Source: Bdellovibrionales bacterium GWA2_49_15 (GTDB lineage Bacteria; Bdellovibrionota; Bacteriovoracia; Bacteriovoracales; Bacteriovoracaceae). Taken from it: 24,000 nt of DNA. The DNA lies in the NCBI GenBank assembly GCA_001769855.1, contig MEPP01000018.1, positions 9,547 through 33,546 on the forward strand, read 5' to 3'. Under the pieces are notes generated by a model. That model was not told where the DNA came from, searched no databases, and saw only the letters and a program-made list of their open reading frames with translations. Of this stretch, positions 14,225 through 21,853 are shown one piece after another. Positions within the stretch are counted from its first letter, which is position 1. The number at the start of each line of letters is the position of its first letter. The position numbers and the translations under genes are program-made.

Positions 14225-15079
14225 GTGAAAGAGAGCTTCCGTCTACCACTCCTGGTCATCTTTTTACTCGGATCTATCAACCTGGGTATGCCGAGTTTTT
14301 CGGCCGAACCAGTTGAAAAAAATGAGGACCTAAGTACGCTTAAATTTGAAGCAAAAGACGATTTTCTTCAATCCATGAAGTGGGCCTACCAAGGGAGTTA
14401 TCTCCAATTTTCGTCTACACAAAATTTAGTCTTTACCGCTGCTGCCATAGGTGCGATTGGATATTTTATTTACAATGATAAGATGATTTCAGAGAAAGCT
14501 GTTAGAGAGAATAAAAATGAAGGATTCATCCGTCTTGTAAGTAAGAGCAGTATTTTCTTCAACACTCCTATTCTGCCCATGACTTTTTATTACTGGGGTC
14601 GAACTCACCAAGATGCAAAGATGGTAAGGTTTTCTCAAGAGTATCTGGCAGCTTTATTTTTGACTCTGGCGGAAGCAGCGGCCATATCCATTATTCCGGT
14701 GCACCAACGACCGGACAAAAAAGATTTATCCTTTATAGAGACAGCTTTTCGAGGACAGTCCTCCTTTCCCTCAGGTCATGTGATTGGCTACACAGTTCTG
14801 GGTTTTAAAAGTTTGCAATTCTACGGGCCAGAGTACGCGATCCTACCATTAGGATTGGCAGTGGCCACGGCCTTTGAAAGAGTACATTCTGAGAAACACT
14901 ATGCTTCCGATGTGATCGCCTCCAGCTTCATTGCACTATTGGCTTCCGAGGGCGTCAGGTATGCTTCCAACTACGATAAAAACCACCCCATTTATGAATG
15001 GATTTTTAAACACGAATTCACACTTCAATATATAAGAAGTGATCAAGTGCCTGGTCTACTGGCAACAGTAACTTTCTAA
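14225..15079 (+). CDS. Membrane PAP2-superfamily lipid phosphatase
   Basis: I prefer the GTG at 14225, which follows aaagga and gives VKESFRLPLLVIFLLG.. as a signal or TM start. The ATG at 14162 is the alternative, and the ORF track start at 14006 overlaps the divergent LuxR gene. It shows PSGH (SSFPSGHVIGY) and R-x5-H-x3-D (ERVHSEKHYASD). The first motif is degenerate (..VHQRP). Confidence 0.7.
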   Translation: MKESFRLPLLVIFLLGSINLGMPSFSAEPVEKNEDLSTLKFEAKDDFLQSMKWAYQGSYLQFSSTQNLVFTAAAIGAIGYFIYNDKMISEKAVRENKNEGFIRLVSKSSIFFNTPILPMTFYYWGRTHQDAKMVRFSQEYLAALFLTLAEAAAISIIPVHQRPDKKDLSFIETAFRGQSSFPSGHVIGYTVLGFKSLQFYGPEYAILPLGLAVATAFERVHSEKHYASDVIASSFIALLASEGVRYASNYDKNHPIYEWIFKHEFTLQYIRSDQVPGLLATVTF

Positions 15080-15090
15080 AAGGTTATTTA

Positions 15091-16188
15091 ATGATTATCC
15101 TTTTCTGGTTGCTCTCATTTAGTGTTCACGCTACTGATTCTGTTCTACCGGCAAATGTTTTTTGGATTCATTATAAGGCCCAGGTTTCGATCGGCGAGGT
15201 TCAGGCCAACTTGAATCGCCACCATCTAGTCGCACGAGAAATACAGTCAAATCCTTTTCGTGCCCATGTATCGAAATTCTTGACACCTGAACTGGAAGAA
15301 AAACTAAAAAAAGATATCTATGTGGCGCAAATTTCCTACGACAATACCCCTCTCTATCCCGACCATTTTTATTCACCCTTTGGATTTACTCCAAAACAAA
15401 GAGATAACTGGACTACCGGATGGATCATTGCAGTTCCCAGTATTTTACTTATTTTTGGATCATCCGTTTGGGATTGGGGAAATACAGGTGCGCATATGGG
15501 GTTTGGAAATGAGGGATGGTACGGGCAACATTCATATAGTGGCGGCGCGGATAAATTCGGACACATGACCAGTCATTATATTGAAACTCGAATGACTACC
15601 TGGCTCGCCTTACAGGCCGGACATGACATAAAAACGGCCCGAAAAATCGGACTTTATACCGGAGCTTTTGTGGGATTGGCCTTAGAGGTGGGAGATGGTT
15701 TTAGCAAATATCGTTTCTCAACTGAAGATCTCTTTATGGATTCCATTGGTATTTTTTCCGCTTGGTTGCTGGATACTTATCCGGCGCTCGATGAATTTGT
15801 AGGTATCCGGTGGCAGTGGTGGCCAAGTCATGAGTATCGCGATTCAAGAAATACCGCCAAAGTCGATGTGACAAGTGACTATAGTGGCCAAAAAGTATTC
15901 TTAAGTTTTAAAGCAGCAGGGGTGCCGGTTTTAAGAGAAAATATCTTTACGCGATATCTAACTTTAGATTTTGGTTTTTTTACCCGCGGCTACGAACCTG
16001 ACTTCACTCCAGATGATAAAACTGACAACATTCAGAGGCGTTATTTCTCTGCTGGCATCGGTATCAATTTAGGAACCCTAATTTTTGATTCCAATCCTGA
16101 TTCAACTGCGGTTCGCACTGCCGGATCGATTACTAAATATTGGATACCTCCTAATGTCACCCATGCGGTCATCCGTGAAGAGCTATAG
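15091..16188 (+). CDS. Secreted protein with a DUF2279 (YfiM-like) core and beta-rich C-terminal extension
   Basis: It has a signal peptide (LFWLLSFSVHA). The core NEGWYGQHSYSGGADKFGHMTSHY...GLALEVGDGFSKYRFSTEDLFMDSIGI resembles the DK-x2-H ... E-x2-D ... S-x2-D-x3-D-x2-G pattern of YfiM/DUF2279. This assignment is made from memory only. Confidence 0.4.
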   Translation: MIILFWLLSFSVHATDSVLPANVFWIHYKAQVSIGEVQANLNRHHLVAREIQSNPFRAHVSKFLTPELEEKLKKDIYVAQISYDNTPLYPDHFYSPFGFTPKQRDNWTTGWIIAVPSILLIFGSSVWDWGNTGAHMGFGNEGWYGQHSYSGGADKFGHMTSHYIETRMTTWLALQAGHDIKTARKIGLYTGAFVGLALEVGDGFSKYRFSTEDLFMDSIGIFSAWLLDTYPALDEFVGIRWQWWPSHEYRDSRNTAKVDVTSDYSGQKVFLSFKAAGVPVLRENIFTRYLTLDFGFFTRGYEPDFTPDDKTDNIQRRYFSAGIGINLGTLIFDSNPDSTAVRTAGSITKYWIPPNVTHAVIREEL

Positions 16189-16235
16189 GAGGATGGTCTA
16201 TTGCAGGAAGAAGCCGTGCAGGATTTGGAGCGAGA

Positions 16236-17843
16236 ATGAGAGACAAGTTTTCATCGGTTACGCAAACTGAAACGATTTTATTTTTTTCTATATTCCTCGT
16301 TCTCCTCCACAATATTACATTTTTCAAGAAGGTGATTGAGACCTATGTCCAGAGTCCAAACGGATGGTTATATGTCTTTTCGGTAGCAATCGTTTTATCA
16401 TCTGTTATTAATTTGCTATTTACGTTTGTGCGATCCAAAAATACCACCAAACCCATTTTGATTATTGTTTTATTGCTTTCATCGATGACAGGGTATTTCA
16501 TTGATCATTATGGAATAGTGCTGGATGAAATTATGCTCATCAATGTCACTAAAACAAATTCGGCTGAGGCGTTGGAACTATTTAATTTTCAATTTGTGAT
16601 GTACTTCATCCTTCTTGGATTATTACCATCTTTCATTATTTATAAAATTAAAATCGTAGATACCAGCTTCAAAGCTGAAGTTCTCTCGAAAGTTAAAAAT
16701 ATTATCGCTTCCTTGTTCATTATATTTGGAATGCTTGTTCTTTCTGGAAAGTTTTATGCTTCTTTTTTTAGAGAAAACAAACCGCTTAGATACTACACGA
16801 ATCCAACCTATTTCTTCTATTCGACAGGAAAATACCTAAGCATGTGGATAAAGGAAGGTAATACCGCGATGGCACATGTGGGGGAGGATGCGGCAATATC
16901 ACCTTTGGATGTGGATAGAGATTTGATAATTTTAGTTATTGGAGAAACGGCAAGGGGGGATAGGTTCTCTTTAAATGGGTATTCGAGAGAAACCAATCCT
17001 CTTCTCAAGAACGAAGATGTTGTGAGTTTTTCGAACTTCTCTTCCTGTGGAACGTCGACCGCCATTTCAGTCCCCTGTATGTTTTCGCAATTTGGGAGAA
17101 AGAATTACAATGATAAAAAAGGAAAAATCACAGAAAACTTATTAGATATTCTTTCGCATTCAAAAAAAGTCAATATTTTATGGCGAGATAATAATTCAGA
17201 CTCCAAAGGTGTAGCCTCGCGCATGCAGTATGAAGATTATCAAAGTAGGGAGAGAAATACGATTTGCGATGTTGAGTGCCGTGATGAAGGGATGTTGGTG
17301 GGATTGCAGGAATATATCGACAAGCAAGTCGATGGTGATATTCTGATTATCTTGCACCAAATGGGGAATCATGGACCGGCCTATTACAAACGATATCCTG
17401 GGGAATTTGAAAGATTTCAACCAGTATGTCGTACAAATCAGCTTGAGAAGTGTTCCACTGAAGAGATCAGTAACGCTTACGACAATGCCATCTTGTATAC
17501 CGATTATTTCCTGGCCAAGACTATTGCCTTTCTTAAGCCAAATACAAAAAAATTTGAAACAGCGATGTTTTATGTGAGTGATCATGGTGAATCATTAGGA
17601 GAAGGTGGCCTATATCTTCATGGGCTTCCCTATTTTATGGCACCATCAGAGCAAAAAATGGTTGGCGCTGTTTTATGGGTTGATAATAGAATTATGGCGA
17701 GAAATCACACGAGTTACCCGATGTTAATGAAGAAATCGTCCCTTCCTTATTCCCATGACAACATTTTTCACACCATCTTAGGCCTATTTCAGGTGGAAAC
17801 ATCCATTTATAATAACAAATTAGATATTCTCAGTGAGCAATAA
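16236..17843 (+). CDS. eptA: Phosphoethanolamine--lipid A transferase (EptA/PmrC/MCR family)
   Basis: The N-terminus has about 5 TM helices, followed by a sulfatase-fold domain. Family motifs are GETARGDRFSLNGYSRETNP, SCGTSTAISVPCMFS (catalytic Thr region), HQMGNHGPAYYKRYP, NAYDNAILYTDYF and FYVSDHGESLGEGGLYLHG. A GGAG lies 5 nt upstream of the ATG. Confidence 0.9.
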   Translation: MRDKFSSVTQTETILFFSIFLVLLHNITFFKKVIETYVQSPNGWLYVFSVAIVLSSVINLLFTFVRSKNTTKPILIIVLLLSSMTGYFIDHYGIVLDEIMLINVTKTNSAEALELFNFQFVMYFILLGLLPSFIIYKIKIVDTSFKAEVLSKVKNIIASLFIIFGMLVLSGKFYASFFRENKPLRYYTNPTYFFYSTGKYLSMWIKEGNTAMAHVGEDAAISPLDVDRDLIILVIGETARGDRFSLNGYSRETNPLLKNEDVVSFSNFSSCGTSTAISVPCMFSQFGRKNYNDKKGKITENLLDILSHSKKVNILWRDNNSDSKGVASRMQYEDYQSRERNTICDVECRDEGMLVGLQEYIDKQVDGDILIILHQMGNHGPAYYKRYPGEFERFQPVCRTNQLEKCSTEEISNAYDNAILYTDYFLAKTIAFLKPNTKKFETAMFYVSDHGESLGEGGLYLHGLPYFMAPSEQKMVGAVLWVDNRIMARNHTSYPMLMKKSSLPYSHDNIFHTILGLFQVETSIYNNKLDILSEQ

Positions 17844-17893
17844 TTCATACAGTCAGGGATAATTTTTTTGCGCCAGTTGGCATCTATCAAAGC

Positions 17894-19057
17894 TCAGATC
17901 AACTGAAGTCTAATCAATCCAACAAGGCCGCCGGCGAGAACAAGCCAGGCGGAATTAATCCGATACCGAATTAGTGCGAAAGCAGCTGCTATTGTGATGG
18001 AGGCGGTAGTGATGTCCACGATTGCCGCGCGCCCAAGATGCCAGGTTACAACGGCCATCAAAGCTAAAGAGGCCACATTAACTCCATCAAGAAACACTCG
18101 CGCCCCGGCCGATCGCTTCAGACGGGGGATCAGAGGGGCACTGATCGCGACGAAGATGAAGGCCGGAAGAAAAATGCCTACAGTCGCCAATAGGGCACCC
18201 GTTGGTCCTGAAAGGAGATAACCAATAAAAGTGGCCGTAGTGAAAACAGGTCCAGGAGTGAATTGCCCGACTGCGGTGGCGTCCAGAAGCTGTGCTTCTG
18301 TGAGCCAGTGGAACCGTTCAACGAGATCGGTTCGGAGGAAGGCGAGTAGAACGTATCCGCTTCCAAACAAAACCGATCCGACTTTAAGAAAAAAGTAGAA
18401 TAGACCGGAGAGACTAAAGGATGCTCCGAGCATCGCGACTCCAGCAGATAACCCGGTCTTTGGCACGACAGCAGAGGCCGTAAGGGCCAGTAGGCCCAAG
18501 AATCCTTTGGGTTTCTTGGGGGTATCCAGAGCTTTCGCAAACAAGTAGCTGATGACGCCGCCGATGAAAATTGTGAAAACCTCGTTCATACCAAATGCGT
18601 TGGCGATGATGGCAAGAATACAAATCAGCGCAAGCGGCCAAGTTTTAATAGCGGTACGCCCAAGCCCCCACAAAGCTTGAATGACGACAGCGATGATAAC
18701 GGGCTTCACACAAAATAAGATTCCATCAACGCTCGGAAGATTTCCATAGCGAGTATAGGCCCACGCGATTGCCGTCACGATTAAGGCAGCAGGCAAGATA
18801 AAGCATACACCCGCGACAATCAGTCCGCGCCAGCCCGCTCTGAGGTGACCGATGTGAATGGCCATCTCTGTCGAGTTTGGGCCGGGGATAAAGTTAGTAG
18901 CACCAAGAAGGTCTAGGAATTCACTTCGCTCGATCCACTTTCTGCGCCGAACAACCTCATCTTCCATCATGGCGATGTGGGCGGCAGGCCCACCGAATGC
19001 CGTCGTTCCAAGTTTGAGGAATACCAGTGCGATTTCTTTCAGGGAAGATGTTTTCAT
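17894..19057 (-). CDS. chrA: CHR-family (ChrA-like) chromate/oxyanion transporter
   Basis: I prefer the start at Met27 (19057), which gives MKTSSLKEIALVFLKLGTTAFGGPAAHIAMMEDEVVRRRKWI, the typical ChrA N-terminus. The track start is 19135. The protein has duplicated CHR halves, with the second half showing GSGYVLLAFLRTDLVERFHWLTEAQLLDATAVGQFTPGP. It is about 387 aa and polytopic. Confidence 0.85.
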   Translation of the reverse strand: MKTSSLKEIALVFLKLGTTAFGGPAAHIAMMEDEVVRRRKWIERSEFLDLLGATNFIPGPNSTEMAIHIGHLRAGWRGLIVAGVCFILPAALIVTAIAWAYTRYGNLPSVDGILFCVKPVIIAVVIQALWGLGRTAIKTWPLALICILAIIANAFGMNEVFTIFIGGVISYLFAKALDTPKKPKGFLGLLALTASAVVPKTGLSAGVAMLGASFSLSGLFYFFLKVGSVLFGSGYVLLAFLRTDLVERFHWLTEAQLLDATAVGQFTPGPVFTTATFIGYLLSGPTGALLATVGIFLPAFIFVAISAPLIPRLKRSAGARVFLDGVNVASLALMAVVTWHLGRAAIVDITTASITIAAAFALIRYRINSAWLVLAGGLVGLIRLQLI

Positions 19058-19226
19058 TGGGCACCTGAACGCTTTTTTGCTACACGCCCGGATCGGGTTG
19101 TTCATAAGATATTTTTCGAATGCATTGAGCATCATACCAGATTACCTCCATTGCTAAGGCGTTACACAAAACCATGAAACATGAGGTCAGCCACAATCAT
19201 GTCGAATTTGATTTGGGATGATTTCC

Positions 19227-19511
19227 TCATATTCGTCCCTTCTTTTCTTCCTCGTTTAAAACTACCTCTCGATGTAGCTCTCGGATTTGGTCGCGAAGAA
19301 TGGCCAGTACCTTGTGACCAGTTTTGGTCAGGGAGTATTCCTTGCGCGCGCGCAGGCCGCTGTTTGGATCGGTTTCTTTGCGGTATGGTGGAGAATGTGA
19401 ACTTTCCAGAATAAAAGTAAAATTTCCCGTTGAAGATTTTTCATGGATATTGCGAAAACCGTAGTCGATATAGGTATTTATGTCAAGCCATGGGATGACT
19501 CTAGTTAGCAT
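19227..19511 (-). CDS. PadR-like winged-helix transcriptional regulator
   Basis: The 94 aa protein shows YGFRNIHEKSSTGNF...ILE...RARKEYSLTKTGHKVL. This resembles PadR (YGYEI..., LE..G, RKYY.LT..G). It sits upstream of chrA on the same strand. The N-terminus is short for the family. Confidence 0.5.
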   Translation of the reverse strand: MLTRVIPWLDINTYIDYGFRNIHEKSSTGNFTFILESSHSPPYRKETDPNSGLRARKEYSLTKTGHKVLAILRDQIRELHREVVLNEEEKKGRI

Positions 19512-19576
19512 CGAGAATGTCCTGTCTAATGGCCTGGTTTATTCGTTGACCTTTATAGGGCGCTCATATATCCTTC

Positions 19577-19596
19577 ATTCCAAGGATTCTTGGAAT
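19577..19596. promoter_or_regulatory. 20 bp palindrome ATTCCAAG-gatt-CTTGGAAT covering the RBS and start codon of the ArsR::rhodanese gene
   Basis: Direct reading gives attccaag at 19577-19584 and cttggaat at 19589-19596. The ATG is at 19595-19597 and the putative SD aagga at 19582-19586. A TTGACC box lies about 30 nt upstream at 19545-19550. Confidence 0.45.
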
Positions 19597-20266
19597 GACA
19601 GGAAAAAACGCCAAACAATCACTGTACGAATTTGTTGCCCAGGTTGGCAAAGCTGTTTCCAGCCCTAAGCGACTGGAGATATTGGATACACTTTCACAGA
19701 GTGAAAAGACAGTGGATGCCATAGCTAAACAGATCGGAATCAGTCTCAAGTTGGCCAGTGCCCACCTGCAAGACTTAAAAGCTGTGTCGTTAGTAGATTC
19801 GCGACGGGATGGAAAATGTGTTTACTATCGTGTCGCAGATTCTGATGTAACGACGTTCTGGGTGGGATTAAGGACTCTTGCCGAAAAACGTCTGTCCGCT
19901 ATGCAGGACATATTGAAGGGTTTTGTGGGCGAGCCGAATACCTTGACACCTATGGACCACAAGACTCTGATGGCGAGGGCCAAATCCGGTGATGTCATCA
20001 TCATTGACGTTCGACCACAAGAGGAGTTTGAAGCCGGTCATTTTCCTGGGGCCCGTTCTCTGCCGCTTGATCAGCTTAAAAAAACATTAAAGTCCCTTCC
20101 CAAGAGCAAAGCGATCGTCGCCTATTGTCGCGGCCCGTACTGTCTACTGGCAGAGGATGCCGTGGCAATTTTGCAACGGAAAGGGTTTCGGGCAACAAGG
20201 TTTCCAGAGGGGGTCTCGGAATGGATCGCGGCAGGCCTGCCTATTGAGAAGAATACAATCTTGTAA
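19595..20266 (+). CDS. ArsR/SmtB-family regulator fused to a C-terminal rhodanese domain
   Basis: The N-terminal HTH reads SSPKRLEILDTLSQSEKTVDAIAKQIGISLKLASAHLQDLKAVSLV. The C-terminal rhodanese domain reads IIIDVRPQEEFEAGHFPGARSLP with the active-site loop AYCRGPYC. Confidence 0.85.
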   Translation: MTGKNAKQSLYEFVAQVGKAVSSPKRLEILDTLSQSEKTVDAIAKQIGISLKLASAHLQDLKAVSLVDSRRDGKCVYYRVADSDVTTFWVGLRTLAEKRLSAMQDILKGFVGEPNTLTPMDHKTLMARAKSGDVIIIDVRPQEEFEAGHFPGARSLPLDQLKKTLKSLPKSKAIVAYCRGPYCLLAEDAVAILQRKGFRATRFPEGVSEWIAAGLPIEKNTIL

Positions 20267-20277
20267 TGGAGGTCAAA

Positions 20278-20628
20278 ATGAAAACTCTCTTTATCTTAAA
20301 CGATGCTCCCTATGGAACAGAACGAAGCTATAATGGTCTGCGTCTGGCAGGTTCGCTCGCCAAACGCGAAGGGGAGCAGGTCAAAGTGTTCCTGATGGGA
20401 GATGCGGCCTCTTGTCCGAAGAAAGGACAGAAGCTTCCTCAAGGTTACTACAATATTGAGATCATGATTAAGAACGTTGTACGTCAAAATTCAGAAGTTG
20501 GTGTCTGCGGGACTTGCATGGATGCTCGCGGCATCGCCGAACCCGAACTGATGGAAGGTGCCAAGCGAAGCACGCTTGATGAGCTGACCAATTGGACCCT
20601 CTGGGCCGATAAAGTCATCGTATTTTAG
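20278..20628 (+). CDS. DsrE/DsrF-like sulfur-relay family protein
   Basis: The ATG at 20278 lies 5 nt after ggagg, and the track start at 20266 overlaps the upstream stop. It shows MKTLFILNDAPYGTERSYNGLRLA and the conserved Cys loop VCGTCMDARG. It is 116 aa. Confidence 0.75.
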   Translation: MKTLFILNDAPYGTERSYNGLRLAGSLAKREGEQVKVFLMGDAASCPKKGQKLPQGYYNIEIMIKNVVRQNSEVGVCGTCMDARGIAEPELMEGAKRSTLDELTNWTLWADKVIVF

Positions 20629-20691
20629 TTTATGTACAGGACGTGCAGTATGCCGATGTGAGCAGGAGCGATCATCGGCGATGGGGGCGTT

Positions 20692-21852
20692 ATGAGTGAA
20701 GCAAAAACAGTCTTGATCCTTGGCGGCGGTGCCGGTGGTATTGTTGCTGCCAATACTTTGCGAAAACTTCTGCCGAAGCAACATCGAATTGTTGTGATCG
20801 ATCAGGAGGACAAGCACCTTTTTGCCTCTTCTCTTCTGTGGGTGATGATTGGAATGAGGAGGGCGGATCAGATCGCGCGTCCTCTCGGTCGGCTGAATCG
20901 CAAAGGAATCGAGTTTATCCAAGGGCATGTCGAGAAAATCAATCCTGAAGCCAAATCAGTTCAAGTCTCGGGGCGAGAATTCTCTGGTGACGCCGTAATT
21001 ATTTCTTTGGGAGCCGATCTGGTTCCTGAAAATATTCCCGGTCTCAAGGAGTCAGGCCGAAACATCTACACCCTCGATGGCGCAAATGCCATTTACAGAG
21101 ACCTCACTGCTTTTCAGGGCGGAAAGATTGTGATTCTGACGGCGAACCCTGTGTATAAATGCCCTGCGGCCCCGTATGAGGCGGCGATGTTGGTTGAATA
21201 TTTTTGTCGAAAACACGGCATCCGCAACAAGACAGAGATTGCTCTTTACGCTGCCGAACCAGGCCCCATGGGCACGGCCGGACCGGAGGTGTCTGCCGCT
21301 GTTCGGCAGATGGTGGAATCCAAGGGAATCAAATACTACCCAACTCATCAAGTGACGGAAATTGAGCCCAAGTTAAGACGGATAGTTTTCGCTGGGGGTG
21401 TCACTGCAAATTTTGACTTACTCTTTTTTGTTCCACCCCATCGCGCACCCGAAGTTGTAAAACAAGCTGGACTCCTTGGCGAAAATGGCTGGGGAGTTGT
21501 TGATCGCAACACCCTTCAAACGAAGTATCAAGGAATCTATGCCATCGGCGATGTTGTTGCCATTCCTTTGAAGATGGGAAAACCCCTTCCTAAAGCTGGT
21601 GTATTCGCCCATGCACAGGCCGAAGTTGTCGCGCGAAACATCGCCCGTCAGTGGACTGGGCATCAGTGGGAGGCCAGCTCATTTAACGGACACGGACAAT
21701 GCTTCATCGAAATTGGAGATCACCGTGCTGGACTTGGAAGTGGAAATTTCTACGCGGAACCAACCCCGACCGTAAAGATCAAGGCCCCTGGCATCGCTTG
21801 GCATTTACTCAAGATACTTTTTGAAAAATACTGGCTCACAAGGTGGTTTTAA
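20692..21852 (+). CDS. sqr: Sulfide:quinone oxidoreductase-type FAD-dependent oxidoreductase
   Basis: The FAD fold reads VLILGGGAGGIVAA. Candidate redox Cys residues sit in YKCPAAPYEAA and GHGQCFIEIG, in the positions expected for SQR-family enzymes. It also shows IYAIGDV and is 386 aa. Confidence 0.75.
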   Translation: MSEAKTVLILGGGAGGIVAANTLRKLLPKQHRIVVIDQEDKHLFASSLLWVMIGMRRADQIARPLGRLNRKGIEFIQGHVEKINPEAKSVQVSGREFSGDAVIISLGADLVPENIPGLKESGRNIYTLDGANAIYRDLTAFQGGKIVILTANPVYKCPAAPYEAAMLVEYFCRKHGIRNKTEIALYAAEPGPMGTAGPEVSAAVRQMVESKGIKYYPTHQVTEIEPKLRRIVFAGGVTANFDLLFFVPPHRAPEVVKQAGLLGENGWGVVDRNTLQTKYQGIYAIGDVVAIPLKMGKPLPKAGVFAHAQAEVVARNIARQWTGHQWEASSFNGHGQCFIEIGDHRAGLGSGNFYAEPTPTVKIKAPGIAWHLLKILFEKYWLTRWF

Positions 21853-21853
21853 A

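Noticed and set aside
17844-17893. Rho-independent terminators in the convergent or 3' gaps at 4040-4083, 12570-12620, 13428-13536, 17844-17893 and 22976-23011
   Set aside because: Only weak or AT-rich stems are present, such as AAGTAA/TTACTT at 4045 and TGCAG/CTGCA at 13470, or T-runs without a preceding GC stem. None meets a normal stem-plus-U-tract pattern.
19058-19135. Extra 26 codons at the ChrA N-terminus (MMLNAFEKYLMNNPIRACSKKAFRCP)
   Set aside because: The extension is non-hydrophobic and not ChrA-like. Met27 begins the conserved CHR N-terminal motif. The longer start cannot be fully excluded without experimental data.
20652-20679. Hairpin GCCGATG-N14-CATCGGC between the dsrE-like gene and sqr, considered as an attenuator or terminator
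   Set aside because: The 7 bp stem is real. However, it is followed by gatgggggcg, the sqr RBS region, rather than a U-tract. With no supporting conservation data it is not worth more than a note.
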